From contig ML996700.1 of assembly GCA_010356995.1 (NCBI GenBank), forward strand, positions 803,038 through 823,037: a DNA stretch of 20,000 nt, read 5' to 3'. The notes under the pieces are model-generated. The model was not told where the DNA came from and did no database searches. It saw only the letters and a list, made by a program, of their open reading frames with translations. Position 1 is the stretch's first letter. Every line of letters starts with the position of its first letter. This document shows positions 1-10,224 of the stretch, piece by piece. Made by a program: the position numbers and the translations under genes. This DNA is from Trichodelitschia bisporula. Lineage: Eukaryota.

Positions 1-878
1 AGGCGACATCGAAAGCTCGTTCGTCCCCCGCCTCCGTCCCACCTCCCCACTAACCCCCACAGCTACACCCGCGCCGACAACTCCGTCGTCGTCGCAACCG
101 ACACCCAAAAGCAAACCTGCTATATCCTCGCAAAGCAGCATCCCATCGCGCCCCCCGAACTCTTCGCCTCCATCGTCGGCACGCACTTCATCACCGAGTA
201 TCCGCACATCCACGCCGCGCACGTCAAAATCACCCAGCTCCGCTGGACGCGCATGCTCATCGATGGCAAGCCCCACGCGCACTCCTTCCTGCGCGACGGC
301 GAGGAGACCCGCGACGTCGAAGTCGTGGCACGCGAGGGCGCGGGCCTGGATATCAAGTCTGGCATCACGAAGCTGACGGTGCTGAAGAGCACGGGGTCTG
401 CGTTCTACGGCTTCCATCGCGATGCGTACACCGCGCTGCCGGAGACGTGGGACCGCATTTTGTCGACTGAGGTCGAGGCCGCGTGGCGCTGGCGCCGGTT
501 TGCGGGGCTGGAGGATGTGCGCCGCGAGGCGGGGGCTTTTGACGGCGCGTGGGAGAGTGCGCGGCGTATCACGCTTGAGACGTTTGCGAAGGAGAATAGT
601 CCTAGTGTGCAGAACACTATGTTCAAGATGAGCGAGCAGATTTTGGCGGCGGTGCCGCTGGTGGATTCGGTCGACTACTCGCTGCCGAACAAGCACTACT
701 TTGAGATTGGTGAGTTCTGGCATGAACCAGGCGCTGGATATTGCTAACTCTCCCAGATCTGAGCTGGCACAAGGGGCTGAAGAACACGGGCGCCGACGCC
801 GAGGTGTACGCGCCGCAGTCGAACCCGAACGGCTTGATTCAGTGCACGGTGTCGCGCAAGTCCAAGGCCAAGTTGTAG
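1..878 (+). CDS. uaZ: Uricase (urate oxidase), 5'-truncated by window edge; exons <1-18, 63-709, 757-878
   Basis: Spliced translation gives GDIESSYTRADNSVVVATDTQK...LTVLKSTGSAFYGF...LPETWDRILSTEV...SPSVQNTMFKM...LPNKHYFEIDLSWHKGLKNTGADAEVYAPQSNPNGLIQCTVSRKSKAKL*, which contains hallmark uricase motifs. Introns 19-62 (GTTCGT..CTAAC..CAG) and 710-756 (GTGAGT..GCTAAC..CAG) restore the frame. C-terminal AKL is a peroxisomal PTS1. Confidence 0.97.
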
Positions 879-1155
879 TCTAGCATTCTAGCGGGAGCAT
901 CTTTGGTTCGGCGCATGGGATGGTTGCACTTTAGCGTTCGTTATATGATACATCTACCGTTCAATTCCTGACTCCTGACGCCGCTGATGCTGCTGATGCG
1001 TGCTTGCGGGCTGCCCAGTAACCTCCCGTGTGGATCGCTCTTCCTTTATGGGTTGCTGCCTTGTGCAGGCTGCTGATGACCACGATACATGTCCATAGCC
1101 AAAAGCGGTCCCCGGTGCCCTACAATCCTATGTCCCTACGCAATGTCCTTGGTGT

Positions 1156-1793
1156 CTATGCCTTCGGAGCTGCCGGAGCTGTCGGAGCTGCTGATGCCGC
1201 CTCGCGCTCCTTCTGTGCTTGCCTCGCCTCAATCTCCTGCAACACCGCCGGCTTCTGTCCATAATACTTGACCACATTCTGCTTAAACGGATGCTCATGC
1301 CCCTCAAACGCTGCTACCAGTTAGCTGCATCCCCCCGCACCCAACCCACGTCCCCTCAACTCACCCTTAAGCCTCCTCAACCGCACATCCCTCAGCCGAT
1401 TCTTCGGCAACATGCCCCTCACCGCACGGCGCAGAATCTCCGCCCCACCCCACTTATCCATCACCCGCTCCATGCTCATGGCCTTCAGACTTCCAGGTCG
1501 CGTCGTGTGCGTGTAGTACATCTTCTGTGCCATCTTCCGCCCCGTCACACGCAGGTCCTGACATCCCACCGCGACTATGTAGTCGCCGCAGTCGGTCGAT
1601 GGGTCATACATGGGCTTGTGTTTGCCCATGAGGGTGAGGGCGATGCGGCTTGCGAGTCGACCGAGGGGAAGGGGGGACGCGGTGATGTCGAGGAGGTGCC
1701 AGGGACGGGCGTAGGCGAGGCGGGTCTGCGTGGTTAGGTCTTTGCGGGTGGGGGAGGGGAGGGAGGGCGTACCTTGCCCACGGCTTGGGACAT
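1156..1793 (-). CDS. MRPL23: Mitochondrial large-subunit ribosomal protein uL13m (yeast MRPL23 type), ~178 aa; exons 1793-1773, 1725-1365, 1310-1156
   Basis: Spliced product MSQAVGK|TRLAYARPWHLLD...LGRLASRIALTLMGKHKPMYDPSTDCGDYIVAV...YYTHTTRPGSLK...AVRGMLPKNRLRDVRLRRLK|AFEGHEHPFKQN... matches the uL13 family signature. Introns 1726-1772 and 1311-1364 have canonical donor, branch and acceptor sites. Confidence 0.95.
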
Positions 1794-3242
1794 GGTGGTG
1801 GTGCGGGCTGGCCCTGGTGGATGGTTGGCTGGTTATGGGGGGGCGAGAGCTGAGAGGAGGGTTCAATTGAGCGGATGTGGGTGTGGTGGTCGTGATGCGG
1901 CGGAGGTGTTGCGGGCTGGCGTTTTGCGGTCGGCGTGGAAAAATCCGGATGCGGCTAGCGCCCGGGCTTTTCGGGATGGGCCGAGTGGGAGTGACGAGAG
2001 CTCCGAGACGTAAAAAGCCGAACATCAAAACCTATCGTTCGGTTTTTACTTTCCTAAGACTGGGTTCCTTGATTCCGCATACTCAGGTTTGTTCTCCGTC
2101 GGAGCATCACAAAATGCGAGCATGGGTTGATTTTTGTATGATTTTTAGGTTGCATGTAAGATCACATTGATGTCGACATTGCGAGCTCCGCATTACAAGC
2201 CTTGATATCTCCATGACTACTGGGAGTCTGACCACTTCCCTTTCCTCATCTTTCTCATTTTCGAACTAAGTAGTAGTCCAAGTAGCAGGCATACCGTACT
2301 GATATCCTCTTTAGTGACCCAATTCATCGATGAAAGTAGCCGGGCAGCCGAGCCATGCCACGACGGAACGTCTCATGGAAGAACCGGGCTGAAGCGCCGC
2401 CCAAAGGATATATAGGAATTGGGGGAGTGTGGAGCACCACGGCTATCGTGATGTCCTATCATACTACATCGGTTGAGTTCCTTGTGCGTGTCCCACCGGG
2501 AGACGTTGGAGAAGTCAAGGCATCAACGGCCGTATAATTAGCTTCAGGCCTCTGCGGCCAGGGACATCGATATGAGTTCGCTGATTCATCTGCATTGCAG
2601 TCCGCAACTTCATTAAATCATATCCCAAAGCCTGTCCGGCGCTCAGTGAAGCAGCAAACTATCGTGAAGCAGCATATGAAACGAGGTCAACTTAAGCTCT
2701 ACGCACAGCACAGTTAGCCATCAAGCCATCTGCTCGCTCCGCCAGGTGAAACATACGTCCATTGGACATCGAACGCATTACCGAAAGCACCAACATATTG
2801 TAAAGCGACCAGGCCGGCCTATCCACAGAAGTGCGATATCATTGGATCCCCAAGCTCATCCATGTGGTGGGACGCCTGACGGTCTGCCTTGCCGTACCAC
2901 TAAACCCGCGAGACCGTGGCTGTGACGCAGGTGCACGAACCCCGAAGCTCAGAGTATTTGACGTCAGGGAACATGAGCTGATCAACGTTGGCTCCATCAA
3001 CGAAAGCATTGAAGCACCAACACGAGTTCCAAGTCATCGTTATGCTAAATGTACACAGCTTAGGCTCTCAACCCAAGCACGATTAATTACCGAGTGTCTG
3101 CCCTATGCGCGTCGAACACATGCACCAAAAAAGTTCACGAAGCGCGCTGCGACAGGATTACTGCCGCAAAGAAGTAACGCCACCCCAATGCCCAAAGCAC
3201 CACCGGCGCCGTCGCCAACCGCCTCCCAATGCAACCGCGACT

Positions 3243-4231
3243 CTACTGCGCCTTGTTCTTCTTCGCCTTCTTTGCCTCGCGCTGGCGCTGCAGCGACTCT
3301 GCCGTCGCCTCCGTATCGAGGCAGAAGTCCCACCAGCGGAAGCTGCTGGCGTAGTTGCCGATGAACTTTTCGTGGTGGACGTCGTGATGCTCGGCACCGG
3401 CCCAAAAGGGGAGGAAGTGATGAAGGCTCCAGGGGAACTCGTAGCCCGAGTGCGCGTCGATGGCCTGGAAGAGCCGCAGCACAATCCAGATGTACATGGT
3501 CAGGATGTGCAGGTCGCCCGTGACGGCACACCACAAGATCGGGCAGCCGACGGTGCCGAACCCGAGCACCATGACCTCAATGGGCGACGCGTATTCAGCC
3601 GCCAGGCCAAACGGCGCGCTGTACTGGTGGTGGATCTTGTGGACGTTCTTGTAGAGGAACGAGGACACGTGCATTAGCCGATGCGACCAGTAATGCCAGG
3701 CATCTTCGAGCACAAAGAAAACGGCGATTTGGTAGGCCATTGTCCAGATCGAGGGGAAGGGAACCGTGGTGCTGAGGCCGCAGTACTGTGCCATGGGGTG
3801 GAAGAGCCTGGATCAGTCAGCGAGATTCGGGTGTAAGCGGGAGCAAACGTACCAGATCTGCGGGAGCTCAACGGTGAAGTGGCTCAGCAGCACGAGCAGG
3901 GCGCAATTCCACTGCTCGCGCGCAGTGGGAATCTTGTTCGCCTGGATCTTGTAGCGGTTGAAGTAGGGTATGCAGTCGATGATGATCCAAGGTAGGCTGC
4001 GGCCGAAGTAGACGAGCTCATGTATGACAAAGGACATTACGCCTGTTGCGAGCACGTCGTTTTGCATGTATGCGTACCACGCCATCCACAGGCGCTCAAG
4101 GTAATTGAGGGACACATTGTACTTGGAGACCTCGTCGAACTGCGCCCAGTAGTCGAGGCCGGTGATGGTAGAGTTTCTGGCGGGTTAGTTGTGTTCGCCG
4201 GGAGCAAGAGAGCGACTTACACCACGTTCAT
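3243..4231 (-). CDS. ERG25: C-4 methylsterol oxidase (sterol desaturase/fatty-acid hydroxylase superfamily), 299 aa; exons 4231-4221, 4176-3853, 3807-3243
   Basis: Three His boxes HYWSH, HKIHH and [22 protein letters not shown] and [12 protein letters not shown] motifs; C-terminal KNKAQ is a KxKxx ER-retrieval signal. Introns 4177-4220 (GTAAGT..CTAAC..CAG) and 3808-3852 (GTACGT..CTGAC..CAG) give 900 coding nt. Confidence 0.97.
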
Positions 4232-4564
4232 GGCGGCGACAGGAAGCGGTGAGAGGGGTGTGAGAGGGCAAGGAGAGGTGCAGAGCGAGGGATTGCACCG
4301 GTAAAGGAAGCGAAGAGCGTAAGAGAGGAGATGGGAAGTTAAAGAGGAGAGAGGAGAGCGGAGATAGTGCGCCCCTGAGAAGCACTGAGAGGCCAAAGCA
4401 ACGGGGGGATTTGAATTGCGCGTTGCAGTTGGACGATGAGTTTAAGGAGAGAAGGCGGGAGGTTTTTGTTGGGTGCAACGCGGCAAAGAGGCTCGGGGGC
4501 GCCAGGGTCAACGGCGCTGCCAGCCCCTGTCCCTCTTGTCCCTGTCGAGCCATTTTTGCCTGCG

Positions 4565-4582
4565 CGGAACATGGCGATTCCG
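4565..4582. promoter_or_regulatory. Candidate AtrR-type Zn2Cys6 site CGG-N12-CCG upstream of ERG25
   Basis: CGG-AACATGGCGATT-CCG lies ~335-350 bp upstream of the ERG25 ATG. It has the same spacing as the AtrR response element in the Aspergillus fumigatus cyp51A TR34 region. Confidence 0.5.
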
Positions 4583-4699
4583 GCGCGCTGAGAGAGAACA
4601 ACTGCAAAGTCACGCTTCAACCCGAGCCAGCCCACTATCATATCTCTCGGCCCGAGAAAATCTGACATGATGAGGCTACTGCTTGCGCGGCAAAAATAA

Positions 4700-4730
4700 G
4701 TCATGCGACTGATTAATTCGTCATGCCACT
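4700..4730. promoter_or_regulatory. Tandem SRE-like (SrbA/SREBP) sites upstream of ERG25
   Basis: GTCATGCGACT (4700-4710) and GTCATGCCACT (4720-4730) are 20 bp apart. The second fits the SrbA consensus RTCABSCCACY exactly; the first has one mismatch. Confidence 0.5.
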
Positions 4731-4987
4731 CCCTCAGCCGCTGCTGCTCTCAACCAGCTGCGGCCACTCATCCGGCGTCTGGACCTGCGCATTCTCAACG
4801 CCTGGTCAGCTGACACAATTACCGGTTACGTATTAGCTCTACTATGATAGTGGTACAGGATATCAGATGTTCTCCCACCAAGAACGCCCCTGAACTCCTC
4901 GGAACCCGCCGCTATGATACCGTAGGCTACAACAGACAAAAGCACGGCAAGACAAACACAAGAATGACCATAAACAGTATCGCATCT

Positions 4988-7203
4988 TCAATCGTCAACA
5001 TGACTGGGTGGTGCCAGCCTCGCCCGAAGATCGTGCTTGAGCTCCTCGGTACTCATCGTCAAGAACTTGCGCTCACGCAGCGGATTCGCCGCGATCTTGA
5101 AGCCCTCGAGACTCTCCATGAGACCAATGTGCTCATCGAGCCGCACAAAGTTGTTGCCCGTGAAGTCGACGTTACGTAACGAGTGCGCCTCGGTGAAGCC
5201 GTCGGGGAGAAAGGCAAACTTGTTGTCCTCGGCGAGGATCGTGATCAGCGCAGTCCAGCCCGCGAGGCCCGGCAGCGCGGCGATGGAGTTGAAGGCAATG
5301 TTGAGCGTCTTGAGGGTGGGCAGGTCGACAGCGAAGGCAGACCCGCAGAAGGCGCGCAGCTGGTTGACCGACACGTCGAGCGTCTGCAGGCGCGGCATGC
5401 CAGTGGCCTCGGGAGGGAAAAGGGTGCCGCTGATGGCGTTCTTTGATGCCAGAATTTCCACGAGCGGCAGCTTGCTCAGCGCGAGCATCGGCAGCTCGGT
5501 GAGCCGGTTGTTGGAGACGTTAAGCACGCGCAGGCGAGTCAGCAAGCCGAGCTCGTCGGGTAGCCGCGACAGTTTGTTGCCCTGCACGTCGAGCACCTCG
5601 AGGTTTGTCAGCGTCTCAATGGACGATGCGAGCTCGCCTGTGAGCAGGTTGTCGCCCATGCGCAGCTCGCGGAGGCTGGAGATCTGGGCGATGGTCTCGA
5701 GCGCATCGTTCATAAGGCGGTTACGGGACTGGCGGGTTAGCCTACGATACATAGAAGGAATGGTAAACTCACTAGGTTCAACGTCGTCAGGTGTTCCAGG
5801 CGGCGCAGGCCGACGGGGACGTCGAAGAGCAGGTTGCCGTGCAGGTCCAGGTGTTCAACGCCACCAAACTGCGGCGCCTTGTCAGGGTCATCGGCATCCG
5901 GGAACACAGTGTCCGGAATGGTCTCGATCTCGTTGTCCGCAGCTACGAACCGTACCAGGTCGACGACCTCGTTCCACATGGTTGTGCTCGCCTTGTTCGT
6001 CTCGTAGTCGTACATGTTTAGGACCTCATCCGGGATGGTCTTGAGGACCATGGCAGAAATATTGAGGCGGCCGTCGATGCGCGCAGCATCGACGCGGAGC
6101 TGGACGGGGGACGGACCGTCCTTGCCTTGGTTGAAGGGGTCGGCATTGTCAAAGTCGAAGTCGGCGGGGAAGAGGTCCTTTTTGGGCTGCGTCTTGCGCT
6201 CCGCCTTTGCTTTGCGGATCTGCTCACGAAGGGCGGCTGAAGACTTGGATGCGCGCAGCTCGTGAGCGGGCTTCTCAGGAACATCGAGCTTGGTGCTTGG
6301 TTCCTTTGAATTTGGCTCAAAGAGACCGGCGAGCGGCGGGCGCTGTTGGGGAGCCCGGGCGGCGACGGTCTTGCTACCGCGGAAAGGGCGAGCTTTGGCA
6401 GCGGGAACTGGGGTGGAGGGAGTGCTGGTAGGGTTGATGTCGGCGGGGGTGGAGGTAACGGGTATGAAGAAGGGCGAGTTGGATGGAGACTCAGCGGCGA
6501 GGGCGGCCCTGGCCGCGGCTTTGACCGCTGCCAGCGATGGTTGTACCCTCTCCACGGAGCGAAGCACGCTCGCCTTCGTTGGGGATACGGCGCGCGTCAC
6601 CTTGGGTGTGGCGACACTGATGCTTCGACGATTTGGCGTGGCGGAGATGGACGCACGCGTCTTGGGGTTCCGGAGAGGCGTCGGCGCAGGTGCGCGTTTG
6701 TTCTCACGCGACGACGGCCGGTTTGACTGTGATGACCCTGACCGCGGAGACGCAGGGCTCTCGGGGAAGATGCTGGAGCGGCGCCTCACACTCGCAGGTG
6801 ACGGCGGGACTTGGGCAAGCGTCTCTTTTGTGCGGTCCAGCAGCGACAGGCGCGAGCTGCGGAGGCGAAGTTTGGGAGTCTGGGGCCCGTCGGTATCCTC
6901 ATTGTTGCTGTCACTAGCCGAGCCTTTACGTTGTGAAGCGGGCAGGCCGGGCCGTCGGAACGTGGTCTCTATGGGGGAGTTTTTCGGCGTGCTGACTGAC
7001 GTGCGCGTGGAGCTGATTGACGTACGCGACGAAACGATGCGGGAGCTCGCGGATGAGGTTGTCGAAGCATTGGACGATGCCGCAGGTCTGGTGCGGGGGA
7101 TCGAGACGGAGACCGGGCGTTTCTCAGCCGGCTTCGGTATTGGGAGGCGCGAAAGGCGGGGGATGGCCGATGGCTTGCGGGGAGGCGAGGACGGGGCCTC
7201 CAT
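4988..7203 (-). CDS. Leucine-rich repeat protein with long Ser/Pro/Arg-rich disordered N-terminus, ~723 aa; exons 7203-5773, 5728-4988
   Basis: Repeated LxxLxLxxNxL units (LDLHGNLL, LTTLNL|SRNRL, LRMGDNLL, LDVQGNKL, LNVSNNRL, LDVSVNQL, LNIAFNSI, VDFTGNNF, KIAANPL). Intron 5729-5772 (GTGAGT..CTAAC..CAG) joins the two ORFs in the middle of an LRR. The ATG at 7203 is the first in-frame ATG. Confidence 0.9.
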
Positions 7204-7898
7204 GACGTAGGTTGAGACGAGACGAGACTCGATATCGAGGTGGAATGGAGTGAGGAACGGGTGAGGAGACAGGATTGAAGTTGAGAAGCGGGAGGGGAAG
7301 AGTTGAAGGTGAGATGGTGGATAGGGGAAGTGAACACGAGGGGCGGTTGCTCTTGGAGACTGTGTGCACACTAACGCGTCATCCACGGCCAATTAGATGA
7401 ACGGACGTAAGACGGCGGGGAGGAGGGGATAAATAATGCATCGCAATGCTTTGAAATTATGTTGGAGTTAAAAGTGGTTGAGATCTACGGATGTACGATG
7501 GCGATCTTTTCATGGGAATTGGCTGTCCGATGAGTGACAACAGGCACTGGTTCCATGGAATTATTGTACCGTATAATCCGTAGCGAGCTCAGCTCTACCT
7601 ACGGGTACGGCATGGAAGGTGGGCTTGAAAATGGCAAGGCCAGAGATCGCCTTGCTTGGAGTAACGAATGGAGGCTTTGACTAGACTTGAAATGGAGAAG
7701 CGAATAATAGAAGAGAGCGCGATATCATCAAAATGCCCAGAGAGGCGTTCGTGCAGCCTCGTTGCCCGGTGAGACGGGGGCGTTTCGGATGTTGATGATC
7801 GACTCGTCCACACAACTTGGACACAACCCCCAACGCTGGCGCTCTCCCCTCAGTACTCTCCGCTATTATCCCCAGTGAATTCCCACATCTTGCCCCTC

Positions 7899-7990
7899 TC
7901 TAGTGGACTCCCCCACTGGAAATCTAGCACCCCCCCCTGGAAGTCTAGTGTGCCCCCCACTGGAAGTCTAGCGACCCCCCCACGCCCCAC
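7899..7990. repeat. Imperfect tandem repeat, ~4 units of 21-24 bp (TCTAG-N-CCCCC(C/A)CTGGAA)
   Basis: TCTAG starts at 7899, 7923, 7944 and 7967, each followed by a C5-C8 run; three units continue (C/A)CTGGAA(A/G). Confidence 0.85.
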
Positions 7991-8434
7991 CAAACGAGGA
8001 GGAGAAATGGCGAAACGGAGTTGAACGGCCGTACCCCCCCGTCTCTCGGTATCCTTCTCTTCTCCAGTTTCATAATCTTCCCCTCATCTATGCTTGCGCA
8101 TCGCTCCATCATCATTCTGTTCAGATTTCACATCGTCGATTTATGAAAGCCGTGATTAAATAAAAAAGATCGACCAATCTGCGCGTTCATCCCGCCTCAA
8201 ACGCGAACACCCGCGCACCCGCCTTGCCCTCCACCGGATTGGCTGCCATCCGCCCGCATCTGGAGAACAAGACGAACACCCAGCCATCCGATCCTCGACC
8301 ACACCACAACACGAACAACTGCACCCACCCCTCTCCCCGCAACATCCGCCGCCTTTGCGCAATCTGAACCTGTCTTAAGTTGATTCAGGCTCCGGTGAAA
8401 GCATCACCATCTGCCGCACGTTGAGTCTGCGAAA

Positions 8435-9781
8435 ATGAATCAAGACTCGTCGCAAGACGGCAGCCAGCCGGCCTCTACTCTCGTTCCCGGCACGCCTACC
8501 CTCCAGCCTCAGACCGAGCCCTTCTCCTCCCATCTCGAGCGCGCCAAATTTGCGTCGCCCGCGCCGGTACAGAGCGCATCGTTGACGCCGCCACCGTCGT
8601 CCCAGCTTCTTGTCCGGTCCGTCGCGCGAACGCCGTCGCCGCCCACGTCGCATCTCGAGTCCCCTCCCCCGACACATCGCGCTGCGCTGGCGAGCGACGT
8701 CCCCACCCCGGACCAGGTGCGCGATGCGTCGGTTGACGAGCTGCGCGGCATGGTGGAGCGGCTGAGCGTTGCGCTGCGCGAGGCGCGCACGTCGGCGGCC
8801 CACTACAAGCTGCAGCACAACATGCTGCTCATCGACAGCTCCGAGGCGTCGAAACGCATGGCCGTCGAGCTCACCATGGCCCAGCGCGAGGTTGACGTGC
8901 TGCAGGAGGCCGAGGAGAAGCGTCGCATCGACTCCCCGCAACACCCGCTGGCGGACGTTGCCGCTGCCAACACGAACCTGATCCGCGATCTGACCCGCCA
9001 CTGCTCCATCCTGCAGGCTGAGAATGACGAGCTACGCCGTGCGCTCGGTCAGGCGCACAAGGCAGTCGAGTACCGCGATGGCCAGCTCCTGGGACTCGAG
9101 GAGGAGAACGAGCGCCTGCGCCATCGCATCCGCAAGAACCGCGAGCACATGAACGGCCTGCTGGACTCCGTGCACGAGTCGCCGCGCTCGCTCGCCGGTA
9201 CTCCGCGTAATGCGCCCACGAGCACGCCCCGCACGCTGCCGCCGCGCCATTTTGCTCAGCCGACGCCGCCTCACCGCGATAACCAGCCCTTTGAGGCCTT
9301 GCTGCTCGCGGACAAGGTACTTAGCCAGGAGACGGCAACTGCTCCCTCGACACCCAAACCGCGGCCGATCAAGCACCGCCTGGGCCACACGCGCAACACG
9401 CACTCGCTGTCATCCCTGCCGAGCACGCCGCCGCGTTACCCACAGACGTTACGTACACCACCAGCGCTCGCTGCCATCCTGGAGCCGCCAGTTGCGGGCG
9501 CGCCGCTGTACCATCAGGCCGCTTCGGCTCCCGCACGCCGACGCCGCGCGAGCTCCGACTCAACCATCACGGCGTCGAGTGAAGACGATTTGCCCGAGAG
9601 CCAGGCAAGTCAGGCGGCGAGCAACATGCTACGCGCGACGGCCAAGGGACGAATCGTCGGGCGCGTGTCAAAGCCAGGTAGCGACAAGGAGAAGCGCCGC
9701 GTGGGCGATAAGGCGAGTCCGACCAAACGGAGCAAGCTGGGAGTGGGTTTGGGGATTGGGGTGAGTGGGGCTGGGCGGTAG
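8435..9781 (+). CDS. Hypothetical protein, 448 aa, central coiled coil flanked by Ser/Thr/Pro-rich disordered regions
   Basis: Uninterrupted ORF with AAAATG context and strong GC3 bias. It has heptad-like segments (ELRGMVERLSVALREAR..., LQAENDELRRAL..., LEEENERLRHRIRKNREHM). No catalytic motif was recognised. Confidence 0.82.
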   Translation: MNQDSSQDGSQPASTLVPGTPTLQPQTEPFSSHLERAKFASPAPVQSASLTPPPSSQLLVRSVARTPSPPTSHLESPPPTHRAALASDVPTPDQVRDASVDELRGMVERLSVALREARTSAAHYKLQHNMLLIDSSEASKRMAVELTMAQREVDVLQEAEEKRRIDSPQHPLADVAAANTNLIRDLTRHCSILQAENDELRRALGQAHKAVEYRDGQLLGLEEENERLRHRIRKNREHMNGLLDSVHESPRSLAGTPRNAPTSTPRTLPPRHFAQPTPPHRDNQPFEALLLADKVLSQETATAPSTPKPRPIKHRLGHTRNTHSLSSLPSTPPRYPQTLRTPPALAAILEPPVAGAPLYHQAASAPARRRRASSDSTITASSEDDLPESQASQAASNMLRATAKGRIVGRVSKPGSDKEKRRVGDKASPTKRSKLGVGLGIGVSGAGR

Positions 9782-10224
9782 CTTTTTGGCAGAGTTTTGG
9801 ACGAACTGGCGACTAAGGCTGGGAATAGCGACTGGGGGCTGGACTGGAGTGAATGGCGCCTAAGAGGACTGGGGACTGGGACTTTTTGCAGGAATGGGTG
9901 GCTTCTGGAGACTTGGTGCTGGATCTGGGTGATGCTGGACGCTGAACGAACTCTGAATGAAGGGGTGCTACGAGGGCACTGGGCGAAGCTGGGCAACCCT
10001 GGGACCGCATGTCCCGAAGCTTCCAGCGGCACCACCGGGTCAGGACCCGATCATGCTCTGTACTCTGTTTGCGATTGGATTTTTTTACGCAAGATACTCG
10101 ATAGGAATTCAACAGTGCATCACGGCCCACGGGCGAAGTCTTGGTGGATCCACGCCCTGGCCCTAAGCTGTAGAGTTCCTGCCGCCGCCAACCGCACCTT
10201 ACTCCTCTTATATGTGGGGACGAG

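Noticed and set aside
1794..2028. N-terminal extension of the 235-aa minus ORF over MRPL23
   Set aside because: It reads through intron 1726-1772. The spliced start MSQAVGK at 1793 matches the fungal uL13m N-terminus.
4667..4712. ATGATGA...CTGA resembling C/D snoRNA boxes
   Set aside because: Only ~46 nt between the boxes, no rRNA/snRNA guide recognised, and it overlaps the ERG25 promoter motifs.
4177..5772. ERG25 intron 1 and LRR intron are both 44 nt and end in CTAACCCGCCAG (introner-like?)
   Set aside because: Similarity is limited to the branch/acceptor consensus region; the rest of the introns is unrelated.
5037..7210. Long + strand ORFs (335 aa, 306 aa) and similar antisense/alternate-frame ORFs over other genes
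   Set aside because: These are shadow ORFs opposite GC3-rich real genes, with no recognisable domains.
7204..7392. Upstream extension of the LRR ORF
   Set aside because: It relies on a non-ATG start and runs through a pyrimidine-rich leader; the first ATG is at 7203.
7899..7990. CRISPR-like appearance of the short repeat array
   Set aside because: Eukaryotic context, no unique spacers, no cas genes.
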